The notes: generated from the sequence alone by a model not told the origin. A DNA stretch of 64,000 nucleotides from Candidatus Poribacteria bacterium (GCA_965208675.1 OZ242351.1:2656001-2720000); one strand, 5' to 3'. Positions 28,989-38,813 are shown, numbered from the stretch's first letter. Made by a program: numbers and translations.

Positions 28989-29927
28989 ATGGAGGTTTCA
29001 TCAGTGACGGCGACGCTCGAACTTCGCCCTTTCGGACGGACCAATGAGCAGGTCACCGTTATCGGCCTTGGCGGGGGCTACCTTGATAAGCACTCTTTGG
29101 CGGACGGCATTGCCACTGTACGCCGGGCGCTAGACCTGGGCGTCAATTACTTCGACACCGCGCCAGTCTATGGCCAGGGAGCATCTCAAGTGATTCTCGG
29201 CAATGCTCTCGAAGGGCGCAAGGAGCCACATTTATTGGCGACGAAGATAGGCTTCCTTGCTCAATCAGCAGCCTATCGGTCACCGGACGCGCTTCGCTCC
29301 CAACTTTGGGAGAGCCTGCGAGCGTTACGGCGGAGTCATGTGGACATTCTACAAATCCATCTCGCGGAATCGGCTTGTTGGTGGAAGTCCGGCGTTCCGG
29401 AAGAACAACTGTTGAACCCTGACGAAACTTATAGTTTCACAGACGCCCCCGTGATGGAGGTATTGTACGAGGCAAAGGCACAGGGAATCTGCCGTTTTCT
29501 CGGAATCACGTCGGACCACGCCGAGCAGATAACCTACGTTTTGCGCGGGATCGAAGTAGATGCATGTCTAGTGGCTTATGAATACACGCTTCTGCACCGC
29601 AATGCGCTTCGCACAGTGCTGCCGTTAATACGGGAAAAGGGTACCGCTTATATTCCGGTAGGCGTGTTTAAAACCATTGGAGCAGATCAGGGACAGAGTC
29701 CCGTTCCCCGATTGAACGAAATACAGAGAGGCTGCGGTTTGTCTTTGATCGAACTGACAGTCCGCTACCTTATCGCCGACCCGTGTATCACAACCATTCT
29801 AGTCGGTGCGTCCACCCCGGAAGAATTGGAAGAGAGCGTCCTCGCAGCCCAGGCCGGTCCACTCCCACCCGATCTTCATCGAACTCTAGACGAATTGGAG
29901 ACTCCTAATTCAAGCATTGAAGATTAG
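28989..29927 (+). CDS. aldo/keto reductase
   Basis: IGLGG, GVNYFDTAPVYG, LATKIG, DILQIH, ILVGAST. Confidence 0.9.
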   Translation: MEVSSVTATLELRPFGRTNEQVTVIGLGGGYLDKHSLADGIATVRRALDLGVNYFDTAPVYGQGASQVILGNALEGRKEPHLLATKIGFLAQSAAYRSPDALRSQLWESLRALRRSHVDILQIHLAESACWWKSGVPEEQLLNPDETYSFTDAPVMEVLYEAKAQGICRFLGITSDHAEQITYVLRGIEVDACLVAYEYTLLHRNALRTVLPLIREKGTAYIPVGVFKTIGADQGQSPVPRLNEIQRGCGLSLIELTVRYLIADPCITTILVGASTPEELEESVLAAQAGPLPPDLHRTLDELETPNSSIED

Positions 29928-30385
29928 CGCCACAAATACCACGTTCTCATATTCAATTGAGCCTAGGTTATCAGTGCGTAATGCGACGGTAGACTACGTC
30001 TCACGGACAGTCATACCTAATTTTCAACAATCATTTGCGGTATAATTTCCATCCGACATTGGGAGCGCAGGATTTGATGGCTCCAACCAGCTTACAGAAT
30101 CATCTAGACTTGGAATTTCTTCCAGGGTACAGTTTTACGTCCAAACTCAGAGATTAATTCCCGGCATCACGCGCAATGCACCAAACCAGTCTTGGGCATT
30201 TTAGTTGCTATAACCGGTGGAACCTCTATCGCGCGGGATTTTCTATCGCCTTCGCTATTAGCTCAGTTGATTCTATTCGATCGCTTGATTCCCGCCTACG
30301 GAGGGTAGTGTGGTACTATACACCTGCCGCCCCTCAAGGGCTGTATAAAATGAATTTTCAAACTAGTTCCAAGGAGGTTTGATAC

Positions 30386-30922
30386 ATGAAAAATAGAAAC
30401 ATTCTTGGCTATTTGCCTTTTTTGTGGGCAGCAACCTACGCCATGATAGTTGGAGTTGGCTGCAGCCATTCAGGCAATACGCCCCAAATGAACAACAGCG
30501 CACCGAATAAACAGCGAGTTGTGTCCGTAAAGAATTTTGAGCAACCCAACATCAGCGGCGACTGGACCGGCACTTGGGGCGTATATCATCCGCAACAGAC
30601 AAATAACGCCGCTCAGAATACTCAGCAGCAGTTAGACTGCCGCGTGGTGGCGTTAACTCGCGGCGAATGGCAAGCGACATTTGAGGGCGAGTGTGGACGT
30701 CCCTATAAATACACAATACAAATGCTCGGGCGCCGGACCGGAGAAGTCGTCCTATTTAAAGGCAGTGTGGACCTTGGAGAAAAAGATGGCGGTGTATACG
30801 ACTGGATTGGTCGAGCTACAGAGGAAAAATTTATCGGATTCTACACCAGCCAAAATTATACGGGGACCTTCCAAATGGCTCGAGCGACAAAATCGTTTGG
30901 CACGGAAGCCGGAAATCTATAG
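30386..30922 (+). CDS. hypothetical lipoprotein (beta-rich)
   Basis: RBS AAGGAGG; lipobox-like VGVG-C; GxWTGTW. Confidence 0.7.
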   Translation: MKNRNILGYLPFLWAATYAMIVGVGCSHSGNTPQMNNSAPNKQRVVSVKNFEQPNISGDWTGTWGVYHPQQTNNAAQNTQQQLDCRVVALTRGEWQATFEGECGRPYKYTIQMLGRRTGEVVLFKGSVDLGEKDGGVYDWIGRATEEKFIGFYTSQNYTGTFQMARATKSFGTEAGNL

Positions 30923-31064
30923 CTTCTCGGTACGTCAAAGTTTGAAAGTAAATGGAGGAAGGTTCGCCACTGAAGGCCGTTACCGATATTACCCACCATG
31001 CTTCATGCCTCTGTTCCCCTGAACATCTAATGTCATAATTCAGACACATTTTAGGAATCGTGCT

Positions 31065-32093
31065 ATGAAAAAAAACGATGTACGGCTTTTCGGATTCGTT
31101 TTGTTGTTAGGTTGGCTTTCTCCGATTAGCCTTGCAGAAGAATGGTCCAAGAAAACAGGTATGCCGACCCCAAGACTGTGGTGCTCCACATGTACATTGA
31201 ACGGAAAGATTTACGCCATTGGCGGCGCAGCGGAAGGACCACCGCTTTCGACGATTGAAGAATTCAATCCGGTATCAAATGAATGGACGCAGAAACCGAA
31301 TATGCCGATGGCAAAAGCAAGCATGTCCGCGTGCGTCGTGGATGAAAAAATTTACGTCATTGGGGGATGGGCAGCTCTGCCGAACGTTACTTTTCTTGCC
31401 ACAACAGAGACTTACAATCCTGTCTTGGAACAGTGGGAAAATAAACGCAAAATGCCAACTGCAAGAGCGTTTTTTTCCACGGGGGTAGTGAATGGGAAGA
31501 TTTATGCGATTGGGGGCGTTCCCGACCAACTTGGACCGGTACTCGCCATCGTAGAGGAATATGATCCAATGCTCAACATATGGAGGCGGAAAGCGGATAT
31601 GCTGACCGCGAGAGCGGGTGCGTCTGCAAGTGTTGTTGACGGTAAAATTTATGTGATTGGAGGGGTTACTCAGGTGCAGGGGCCTGTGCTTGACACCGTA
31701 GAAGCATATGACCCAGTCCTCGACAAATGGACCGTAGCGGCTGACATGCCGACCGCAAGAACCGCATTGTCCACCAGCGTGGCAAATGGGAAGATTTACG
31801 CCATCGGCGGCACAGCCGAAGTGACAGGGCCGGGGCTTCCAACTGTAGAAGAATATGATTCGGCAACAAATACTTGGACGCGTCAGCCCGACATGCCAAC
31901 GCCGCGGGTGTTTTTGTCTACTAGCGCCGTAGATGGGATAATTTATGCCATCGGTGGTACTGCAGCAGGAGTCGGCCCGGGACTTCCAACAGTAGAAAGC
32001 TATGGGATCGGTTTAGGAGTTGAAGCTAAAAGCAATTTTGTTACGTTCCTTGGATCGCTCAAAATGAGTGGAGCGTGGAAAAACAGTGACTAG
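31065..32093 (+). CDS. secreted Kelch-repeat protein
   Basis: Six MPTxR...VxGKIYAIGG...VExYDP repeats; signal peptide; C-terminal GVEAKSNFVTFLGSLK tail. Confidence 0.92.
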   Translation: MKKNDVRLFGFVLLLGWLSPISLAEEWSKKTGMPTPRLWCSTCTLNGKIYAIGGAAEGPPLSTIEEFNPVSNEWTQKPNMPMAKASMSACVVDEKIYVIGGWAALPNVTFLATTETYNPVLEQWENKRKMPTARAFFSTGVVNGKIYAIGGVPDQLGPVLAIVEEYDPMLNIWRRKADMLTARAGASASVVDGKIYVIGGVTQVQGPVLDTVEAYDPVLDKWTVAADMPTARTALSTSVANGKIYAIGGTAEVTGPGLPTVEEYDSATNTWTRQPDMPTPRVFLSTSAVDGIIYAIGGTAAGVGPGLPTVESYGIGLGVEAKSNFVTFLGSLKMSGAWKNSD

Positions 32094-32160
32094 TGGAGAG
32101 TAATTAGTGGAGAGCGAGAAGTTTTCAACTCGTCACTCTCCACTTTCCACTAATCACTGT
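32093..32160. repeat. short-period (about 7 nt) tandem/inverted repeat
   Basis: AGTGGAG-AGTAATT-AGTGGAG...CTCTCCACTTTCCACTAATCACT; relatives at 33490-33552, 35038-35180, 42965-43025 and 59621-59645. Confidence 0.6.
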
Positions 32161-32182
32161 GTTCTCACCACTGCTCTTCGAT

Positions 32183-33496
32183 ATGAAAACAAGTTATCTA
32201 GATCCTTTTATTGAGACGCTCAATCGGGAAGCTTTAGCGCAAATTCAATTAAAGAAACTGAAAACGATGCTCGCGCCGGTGTTGAAATCCAATACTTTCT
32301 GGCAGCGAAAGCTAAAAGACGCCGGCGTAGAAGAGCCAGAGGATATACGAACGCTAGAGGATTATCGACAATTACCATTTACGACCAAGCAGGAACTTTC
32401 CGCAGATCAGGAGGCGCATCCGCCATACGGAACAAACATCACCTTTCCACGAAGCCAGTATATCCGCATCCATCAAACATCGGGCACAACCGGTGAACCG
32501 CTGCGTTGGCTGGATACCGAGGAGAGTTGGCGTTGGTGGGCTCGCTGTTGGGGCGCAGTGTATAACGCAGCCGGCGTGAAATCGGGAGATTCCATCTTTT
32601 TTGCTTTTTCATTTGGTCCCTTTATTGGCTTTTGGAGCGCCCATGACGGCGCACGGTTAATGGGCGCGTTATCTATTCCCGGGGGAGGAATGACCTCTCT
32701 TCAAAGGGTGCGGGCAATACTCTATAATGACATATCAGTGTTGATTTGTACGCCTACTTATGCGCTGCACCTCGCCGAAATCGCCGAAACCGAAGGAGTT
32801 GATATCGCTAATTCCAGTGTCCGTATCACGATTCACGCTGGGGAACCGGGTGCGAGTCTTCCAGCGACCAAGGCACGGATCGAAAGCGCATGGGGTAGCC
32901 GGTGTTACGACCATACAGGCGCCACCGAGGTCGGCGCATGGGGCTTTGAGTGCCAAGCCCAATCTGGGGTTCATCTGAACGAAGGTGAATTCATCTTCGA
33001 CGTAATCAATCCTGACACGGGAGAATCCGCGGATGAAGGCGAACTGGTCGTTACCAACTTAGGCCGTGTTGGTACGCCGGTTATCCGCTATCGGACCGGC
33101 GATTGGGTGAAGTCGCAAACAGAACATTGCGAATGCGGACGCAGCTTTAGGCAATTGAAGGCGGGAATCATCGGACGGATAGACGATGTACTTATTGTAC
33201 GCGGCGTGAATGTGTACCCCAGCGCGATTGAGAACATCGTCCGCGGCTTTCCCGAAGTGGGGGAGTTTGTTGTGGACGTTTTCCGCGGCGGAGAACTGGA
33301 CGAAATGGAGATTCGGTTGGAAATTCAAGCAACCGATACCGAAGAAATTTTAACCGCTGTCGTCCAAAGAATTCGCAACGCCCTAGGGTTGCGCGTTAAA
33401 GCTAAATCCGCACCTCGCGGAACGTTGCCCCGCTTTGAACTGAAAGCGAAACGATTCACTGATCATCGCCGCCTCAATAACAATCACAGCCAGTGA
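32183..33496 (+). CDS. phenylacetate-CoA ligase (PaaK)-family adenylate-forming enzyme
   Basis: LPFTTKQEL, HQTSGTTGEP, AGEPG, GATEVG, IRYRTGD, GRIDD..IVRGVNVYP. Confidence 0.9.
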   Translation: MKTSYLDPFIETLNREALAQIQLKKLKTMLAPVLKSNTFWQRKLKDAGVEEPEDIRTLEDYRQLPFTTKQELSADQEAHPPYGTNITFPRSQYIRIHQTSGTTGEPLRWLDTEESWRWWARCWGAVYNAAGVKSGDSIFFAFSFGPFIGFWSAHDGARLMGALSIPGGGMTSLQRVRAILYNDISVLICTPTYALHLAEIAETEGVDIANSSVRITIHAGEPGASLPATKARIESAWGSRCYDHTGATEVGAWGFECQAQSGVHLNEGEFIFDVINPDTGESADEGELVVTNLGRVGTPVIRYRTGDWVKSQTEHCECGRSFRQLKAGIIGRIDDVLIVRGVNVYPSAIENIVRGFPEVGEFVVDVFRGGELDEMEIRLEIQATDTEEILTAVVQRIRNALGLRVKAKSAPRGTLPRFELKAKRFTDHRRLNNNHSQ

Positions 33497-33563
33497 CCAG
33501 CCGCCAGTGGGTTAGTGGCCAGAAAAAAACTAAACACTGACCACGGGCACTGCGTCTAGTTTT

Positions 33564-33730
33564 TGTAGGTTGGGTTGAGCGGGCAATTCCAATATCGTTC
33601 CTACGGCAGTATCCGTTACGGACGCCATACATCGAACTTGGCAAAATACACGTTGCGTATCCCAACGCTTTTCTGTCGTCCAGAGGTTTCAAAAACTTTG
33701 GGTTTCGCCGTCGGCTCAAACCAACCAACA
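33564..33730. repeat. REP doublet with one 73-nt loop insert
   Basis: TGTAGGTTGGGTTGAGCG-[73]-GCGTATCCCAACG; central spacer shared with 35051-35146. Confidence 0.85.
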
Positions 33731-33760
33731 AGAGTTCCCCGCTAATCACCGCTTCTAAAC

Positions 33761-35035
33761 ATGAAAACGTCAAACACGTCCAAGAATAATATGTACGAAG
33801 TAATCGTTATCGGCGGCGGGCCAGCGGGAAGCACGGTTGCAACCTTAGTCGCGGAAAAGGGGCACCGCGTGGTGCTTTTGGAACGCGAAGAATCCCCAAG
33901 TTTTAAGATTGGCGAGTCGTTGATGCCCGCGACCTACTGGACATTTAAGCGGCTGGGATTACTTGAAAAACTGAAAGCCAGCCATTTTCCGAAAAAGTAC
34001 AGCGTGCAGTTTTATTCAAAATCAGGAAAAGCCTCTGCCCCGTTTTATTTCTTTGACAACGATCCACACGAAGCATCTGTTACATGGCAGGTGTTGCGCA
34101 CCGAATTCGACGAGATGTTGCTCGACAACGCTCAAGAAAAAGGGGTTGAAGTTCGGCGCGGCACTCGTGTCAACGAGGTATCATTTGACGAAGCCCGAGC
34201 AGTGGGCGTCCAAGCGAGAGATGCGGAAGGAAATATCACGGATCTTGCGGCAAAGGTCATCGTAGACTCGACAGGCCAGAGCGCGCTTGTTTCTCGAAAG
34301 TTGAAAATCAATATCCCCGAACCTGAACTGAAGAAAGCTTCGCTGTTTACTCACTTTGAAGATGGGGTTCGTGACACGGGGATAGATGAAGGCGCGACAT
34401 TAATCCTGCACACCGGAAATAAGGATTCGTGGTTCTGGTACATCCCATTACCTTACAATCGTGTGAGTGTCGGTGTAGTCGGCGGACTCGACTATCTCAT
34501 CCAGGATCGACGGTTACACGGCGACGGGCTTGACCCGCAAAAAATTTTTGAAGAAGAACTTGATAAATGTGCACCTTTGAAGCCGCGAATTGAAAACGCA
34601 AAGCAACTGTTTCCCGTCCAAGTGACCAAAGACTTCTCCTATCGCGCCCGCCAAATCGCCGGTAACGGTTGGGTGCTTGTGGGAGATGCTTTCGGGTTCA
34701 TAGACCCTGTTTATTCCACGGGCCTGTTCTTGGCATTGAAATCCGGCGAGATGGCATCGGACACGATAAATGATGCTTTTGAGAAAGACGATTTTTCCGG
34801 TGAGCAGTTAGGTAAATTCGGACCTGAGTTTGTCAAGGGACTGGAAGCCTTTCGCAAGCTAGTGTATGCTTTCTATACGAAAGACTTCAGTTTCGCTCAT
34901 TTCTTGAAACGCTTCCCGGAATGTCAGCAGGGGATAATTGACATACTCAGCGGCAATGTGTTTATCAGAGATGTTAGCGGAATCTTTGAACCGATGGGAC
35001 AGATGTGTAAGCTTCCGGAAGAAACTACCTTGTAA
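33761..35035 (+). CDS. flavin-dependent halogenase-family protein
   Basis: GGGPAG FAD motif, IGESL, halogenase signature WFWYIP, GDAFGFIDPVYSTG. Confidence 0.85.
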   Translation: MKTSNTSKNNMYEVIVIGGGPAGSTVATLVAEKGHRVVLLEREESPSFKIGESLMPATYWTFKRLGLLEKLKASHFPKKYSVQFYSKSGKASAPFYFFDNDPHEASVTWQVLRTEFDEMLLDNAQEKGVEVRRGTRVNEVSFDEARAVGVQARDAEGNITDLAAKVIVDSTGQSALVSRKLKINIPEPELKKASLFTHFEDGVRDTGIDEGATLILHTGNKDSWFWYIPLPYNRVSVGVVGGLDYLIQDRRLHGDGLDPQKIFEEELDKCAPLKPRIENAKQLFPVQVTKDFSYRARQIAGNGWVLVGDAFGFIDPVYSTGLFLALKSGEMASDTINDAFEKDDFSGEQLGKFGPEFVKGLEAFRKLVYAFYTKDFSFAHFLKRFPECQQGIIDILSGNVFIRDVSGIFEPMGQMCKLPEETTL

Positions 35036-35050
35036 GCGGTGACCAGTTCT

Positions 35051-35146
35051 TGTAGGTTGGGTTGAACGTAGTGAAACCCAACGCTTTTCTGTCGTCCGGA
35101 GGTTTCAAAAGCGTTGGGTTTCGCCGTTGGCTCAACCCAACCTACA
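35051..35146. repeat. minimal REP doublet (no loop inserts)
   Basis: TGTAGGTTGGGTTGAACGTAGTGAAACCCAACG...CGTTGGGTTTCGCCGTTGGCTCAACCCAACCTACA. Confidence 0.88.
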
Positions 35147-35194
35147 ATGGCTAATCACTGACCACTGGCAACTGGTCACTTAATAGCGGAGGTC

Positions 35195-36235
35195 ATGATG
35201 CGAATTAACGCAAAATCAGATGTGTACGTGGGTCGAGTAATGGTTAAGAATGCAGTGCAAGTGGCTAGCGGTCAGTGGTCAGCAAAAAGCTGTGCGCTGG
35301 TCATCGCTATTTTCCTTTTCGCCGCGTCCGGATGGGCGGAGGAAATTCATGACGAAGCCGGCACTACAGGCGCGGCTTTTTTGAAGATTGAGGGCGGTAG
35401 CCGGCCTGTTGGTATGGGAGGCGCATTTGCGGGGCTTGCCAACGATGTCAACACGATATTCTGGAATCCTGCCGGTTTAACGTCTGTTCACACGCGAGAA
35501 CTGACCGCCATGCAGAATTTCTTGATTGCTGATATCAGCAGCCAATTCATTGGTTATGCCCAGCGTGTCGGAAATGGGATTTGGGGGGCAAGTTTGCTCG
35601 GCGCATTTACCGAAATCGAACGCCGCACTCGTCCAACCGACGAACCTGACAGTACCGTTGTAGTGGGCGGATTCGCAGCGGGCGCATCGTACGCGTATGC
35701 CGTATTACCGGAACTTTCGATCGGTGGAACCGCACGGGGTATTTCCCAACAGCTTGATATTGAAGACTCATATGGCGCAGCCATCGATTTGGGAAGTGTT
35801 TTGCGCATTCTCAACAATCGGTTGGGGATTGGGGTTTCCCTGCAGAATCTCGGATTTCTCAATACGGACGAAAGTCTGCCGACGAACGTTCGCGGCGGTA
35901 TCGCTTACCAAATTCGGAAGGAGGTTTCGCTTGCAAACCCGAAACCGGCACGGGATTTTTTTGCAATCGTCGCCGATGTAGACATTCCAATATCAAGCGG
36001 TTTCGCGACCTTCCATATCGGCGCCGAAAATTGGTTCTATGACGTTCTCGCCCTGCGGGTGGGTTACAGTATGAGTCGGGGGGAGAATCCGAAAAACGGT
36101 CTAACAGGAGGAATCGGCGTTCGCCGCAAGGGAAAAGCCTCCCTCGAAAACCTTCACTTCCAATTTGACTACGCTTTCGTCCCAAACGAAGATGTAGGCG
36201 ATGCACACCGAATCTCCGTGCTCCTGCGGTTCTGA
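35195..36235 (+). CDS. PorV/PorQ-family (UPF0164) outer-membrane beta-barrel
   Basis: GTTGAAFLKI..GSRPVGMGGAF...D...IFWNPAGL; C-terminal DYAF..GDAHRISVLLRF. Exact start uncertain. Confidence 0.85.
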   Translation: MMRINAKSDVYVGRVMVKNAVQVASGQWSAKSCALVIAIFLFAASGWAEEIHDEAGTTGAAFLKIEGGSRPVGMGGAFAGLANDVNTIFWNPAGLTSVHTRELTAMQNFLIADISSQFIGYAQRVGNGIWGASLLGAFTEIERRTRPTDEPDSTVVVGGFAAGASYAYAVLPELSIGGTARGISQQLDIEDSYGAAIDLGSVLRILNNRLGIGVSLQNLGFLNTDESLPTNVRGGIAYQIRKEVSLANPKPARDFFAIVADVDIPISSGFATFHIGAENWFYDVLALRVGYSMSRGENPKNGLTGGIGVRRKGKASLENLHFQFDYAFVPNEDVGDAHRISVLLRF

Positions 36236-36294
36236 ACGGCAAGGATTATAAACAAAGTGAATCTCTTGCCGATTACGTTTTACGGGGAAATCGT

Positions 36295-37356
36295 ATGAAC
36301 ATCCTTTGCACAGGCATCAGTTGCTCCGGGCGAAAAGAATTGATGGCAGACTTCGAATCGCTCTGCCGCAAGAAAGGTGTGCACATCGGTTTTTTCAACG
36401 TCGGAGATTATATGGAACACACCGCCGCGGAATCTGGCGTCAAGTTTACCGAAAAAGTGCTCGATTCCGATCACGCGGTGCTTTCATTAGCACGCCGATC
36501 CGCGTTCTATGAAATTGCCAATCTCGCGCACAATGCTGATCATGCGTTTGTCGGCCTGCACGCCTGTTTCCGTTGGCGCGGCGTGCTCGTGGAAGGAATA
36601 TCACTGCGAGAAATCGACAATTTTCCAGCGGATATCTTCATCAACGTGGTGGACAACCTTGCTGACATCGAAACGCGTATGCAAGACAACCCGCAATGGA
36701 CCGGGATGCAACGCGGGGAAATAAACGTCTGGCTTGATGAAGAGGAATTTTTGACCAAACAACTTGCAAGTTTCAAGGAAAAGCCCCACTACACGGTTTC
36801 CCGGCAACACAACTTGGAAAATTTCTATGACCTGGTCTTTTCAGCCAAGCAGAAATTCTATTTGAGTTATCCAATCACGCTAATCCGAGAATCTGCAGAT
36901 CAAATCGAGAAAATCCGTTCGTTTGGGGAGAAAATGAATGAGGATTACATCGTGTTTGATCCGCTCTCTATCAAAGACATGGAACTAGTCCACCAAGACG
37001 AGCCTTTACCTTCGGACGCACAAGACGCAGCAGGTGACATGGAAATCACGACCATCAGCCGCCTCGACCAAAATTCAAGCGAGCAAATCAAGACCCGTAC
37101 CATTTCGAGAGATTATCAATTCATCCGTCAAAGCGATTTTGTTGTTGTCATATACCCGACCGATAAGCTTTCGCCCGGCGTGTTGAGCGAGATGAATTTT
37201 GCATCGCGGTACAACAAACCTGTTTACGCTGTGCATGCTCATGAGCGCAGCCTTTTCTTTGAAAACCTCTGTGAGGAAATCTTCGACACGGTTGAGGAAC
37301 TCGAGGTGTTTTTGAGAAATCGGCGTGTTGGTGCATCTAGTTCATCAGAGCCGTAG
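36295..37356 (+). CDS. P-loop NMP-kinase-like domain fused to a nucleoside deoxyribosyltransferase/N-glycosidase-like domain
   Basis: N-terminal TGISCSGRK...HACF; C-terminal FYLSYPIT...VFDP...RDYQFIRQSDFVVV..SPGVLSEMNFA. Confidence 0.6.
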   Translation: MNILCTGISCSGRKELMADFESLCRKKGVHIGFFNVGDYMEHTAAESGVKFTEKVLDSDHAVLSLARRSAFYEIANLAHNADHAFVGLHACFRWRGVLVEGISLREIDNFPADIFINVVDNLADIETRMQDNPQWTGMQRGEINVWLDEEEFLTKQLASFKEKPHYTVSRQHNLENFYDLVFSAKQKFYLSYPITLIRESADQIEKIRSFGEKMNEDYIVFDPLSIKDMELVHQDEPLPSDAQDAAGDMEITTISRLDQNSSEQIKTRTISRDYQFIRQSDFVVVIYPTDKLSPGVLSEMNFASRYNKPVYAVHAHERSLFFENLCEEIFDTVEELEVFLRNRRVGASSSSEP

Positions 37357-37419
37357 TTGATAAATTCTAGCATAATGAACCAAATCCAAGAAAACGCGAT
37401 GTCCCGAAGGCAAATACAG

Positions 37420-37780
37420 ACGATGAAATCGACTGAGCTTCCGGACAACCGAATCGGCGGAGACTACCCGATTGTAGCGGACGAACTCTATGATTTAGGA
37501 CTGAAATGGGTAAGAACAGCGTTTGGGGGGATACGGCACTCAATTGGCACCGAGTGAGGAGGGCGCCGGGAACATATGTCGTTGCGCCCGAAGCGGAGCA
37601 ATATATTACCGAGTTAGCAAACGGGGGCATTAAGCTTATTCTGAATCTAGGGGTTGGACTAGGGACCGATCGCCCTAAAGACACATGGCTGAGAACCGCA
37701 GCGGAAATGGATGACTATCGCGAATACGCCCGATTTATGGTGCGGCATTTTAAGGACCGCGTCCAATAGTACGAAATACG
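37420..37780 (+). pseudogene. degraded glycoside-hydrolase-like (TIM-barrel) gene fragment
   Basis: LYDLGLKWVRTAF, frameshift near a G run at about 37524, LNWHRV..PGTY...GIKLILNL...YARFMVRHFKDRVQ*YEI. Confidence 0.6.
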
Positions 37781-37961
37781 GACATTAAACCATCCGTCAA
37801 TTCTGCTGAGGCGGCGCTTGCAATGACGCCTATAATCATCGTGCAGAAGACATGCCGGCATCGTATCATGCGAAACCTCCCTGGACCTAGACTTCAGCGC
37901 TGGGGAAAATTGAATGGAAGCCCGATTCAGCTATAATCGGGCTTCCGTTCAAGTTCATCAT

Positions 37962-38813
37962 CTAGTACGTTTTCAGATTCGCCCAGATAGCAGCCAATTT
38001 CGCTTTCGGATCGACCCCAGTCCCAATCGACGCCGACATGAGCTGTTTAATCTCTTCCGGCGACAAGGCACGAGAGTAAATGACCGCCTCGTCAACCATG
38101 CCGTCAATGAATGCCCTTCTTTCAAGCGGTCCAGGATCGTTAAAGGCGTTACCGCCAAGCCCCTGACTCATTCCGATTCGAATCGGCTGGTCTGGAAAGA
38201 CGTTGTACGGGCCGGCGAGCGGCAGCGGGGCGTTCCCGCCAGTGAAACTACTCTGTAACTCGATTCGCTGCTCACCGTCGAAATAGGCGTTGAGTTCTTT
38301 TCCGTCCGCAGTGGTCGCTACATGGTGCCACTGACCGTCGTCAACAGCACCTTCATTTGTATTGAACCAGCCTTCAACGGAATCGGTACAACTGCCGAAA
38401 TGGATGATAGCGGTGCCAGAGTGCCGAAAACTGAGTTGAAACAGAAACCCGGGAGACCAGCCAACTTGCAACCCTTTCCAGAAGAAGGATGGAAACTCCT
38501 GCGTGTTGCCGCGCACAAAGAACCAACAAGCAGCAGTTAACCCGTCAGCCATGGCATTCATCGAATCGCTATGCGGAATCTCGACGAATGCATCTGTCCC
38601 GTTCAAATTAACGGCTTTGCCATACCCGGCGTGATTGGCATCCACAATTTCTGCGCCGCCCATGAGCGTACCGTCATTGTTGCCAAAACTATCGTTTGCC
38701 GTGCCATCGTCAAATGTCCAGGCGGAGATAAGCCCATCAGAAAGCGCAGCCGACGCGGCGCTTGCGATAATACACAAGCAAATGGATACGATAACGTTCT
38801 GCAAGCGAAACAT
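37962..38813 (-). CDS. secreted LamG/concanavalin A-like protein
   Basis: GLISAWTFDDG, WHHVA, DGMVDEAVIYSRALSPEEI; tail GVDPKAKLAAIWANLK. Confidence 0.88.
   Translation of the reverse strand: MFRLQNVIVSICLCIIASAASAALSDGLISAWTFDDGTANDSFGNNDGTLMGGAEIVDANHAGYGKAVNLNGTDAFVEIPHSDSMNAMADGLTAACWFFVRGNTQEFPSFFWKGLQVGWSPGFLFQLSFRHSGTAIIHFGSCTDSVEGWFNTNEGAVDDGQWHHVATTADGKELNAYFDGEQRIELQSSFTGGNAPLPLAGPYNVFPDQPIRIGMSQGLGGNAFNDPGPLERRAFIDGMVDEAVIYSRALSPEEIKQLMSASIGTGVDPKAKLAAIWANLKTY

Noticed and set aside
33582-33654. 73-nt inserts as tRNA genes
   Set aside because: The length fits, but there is no acceptor stem, no T-loop at the correct position and no cloverleaf.
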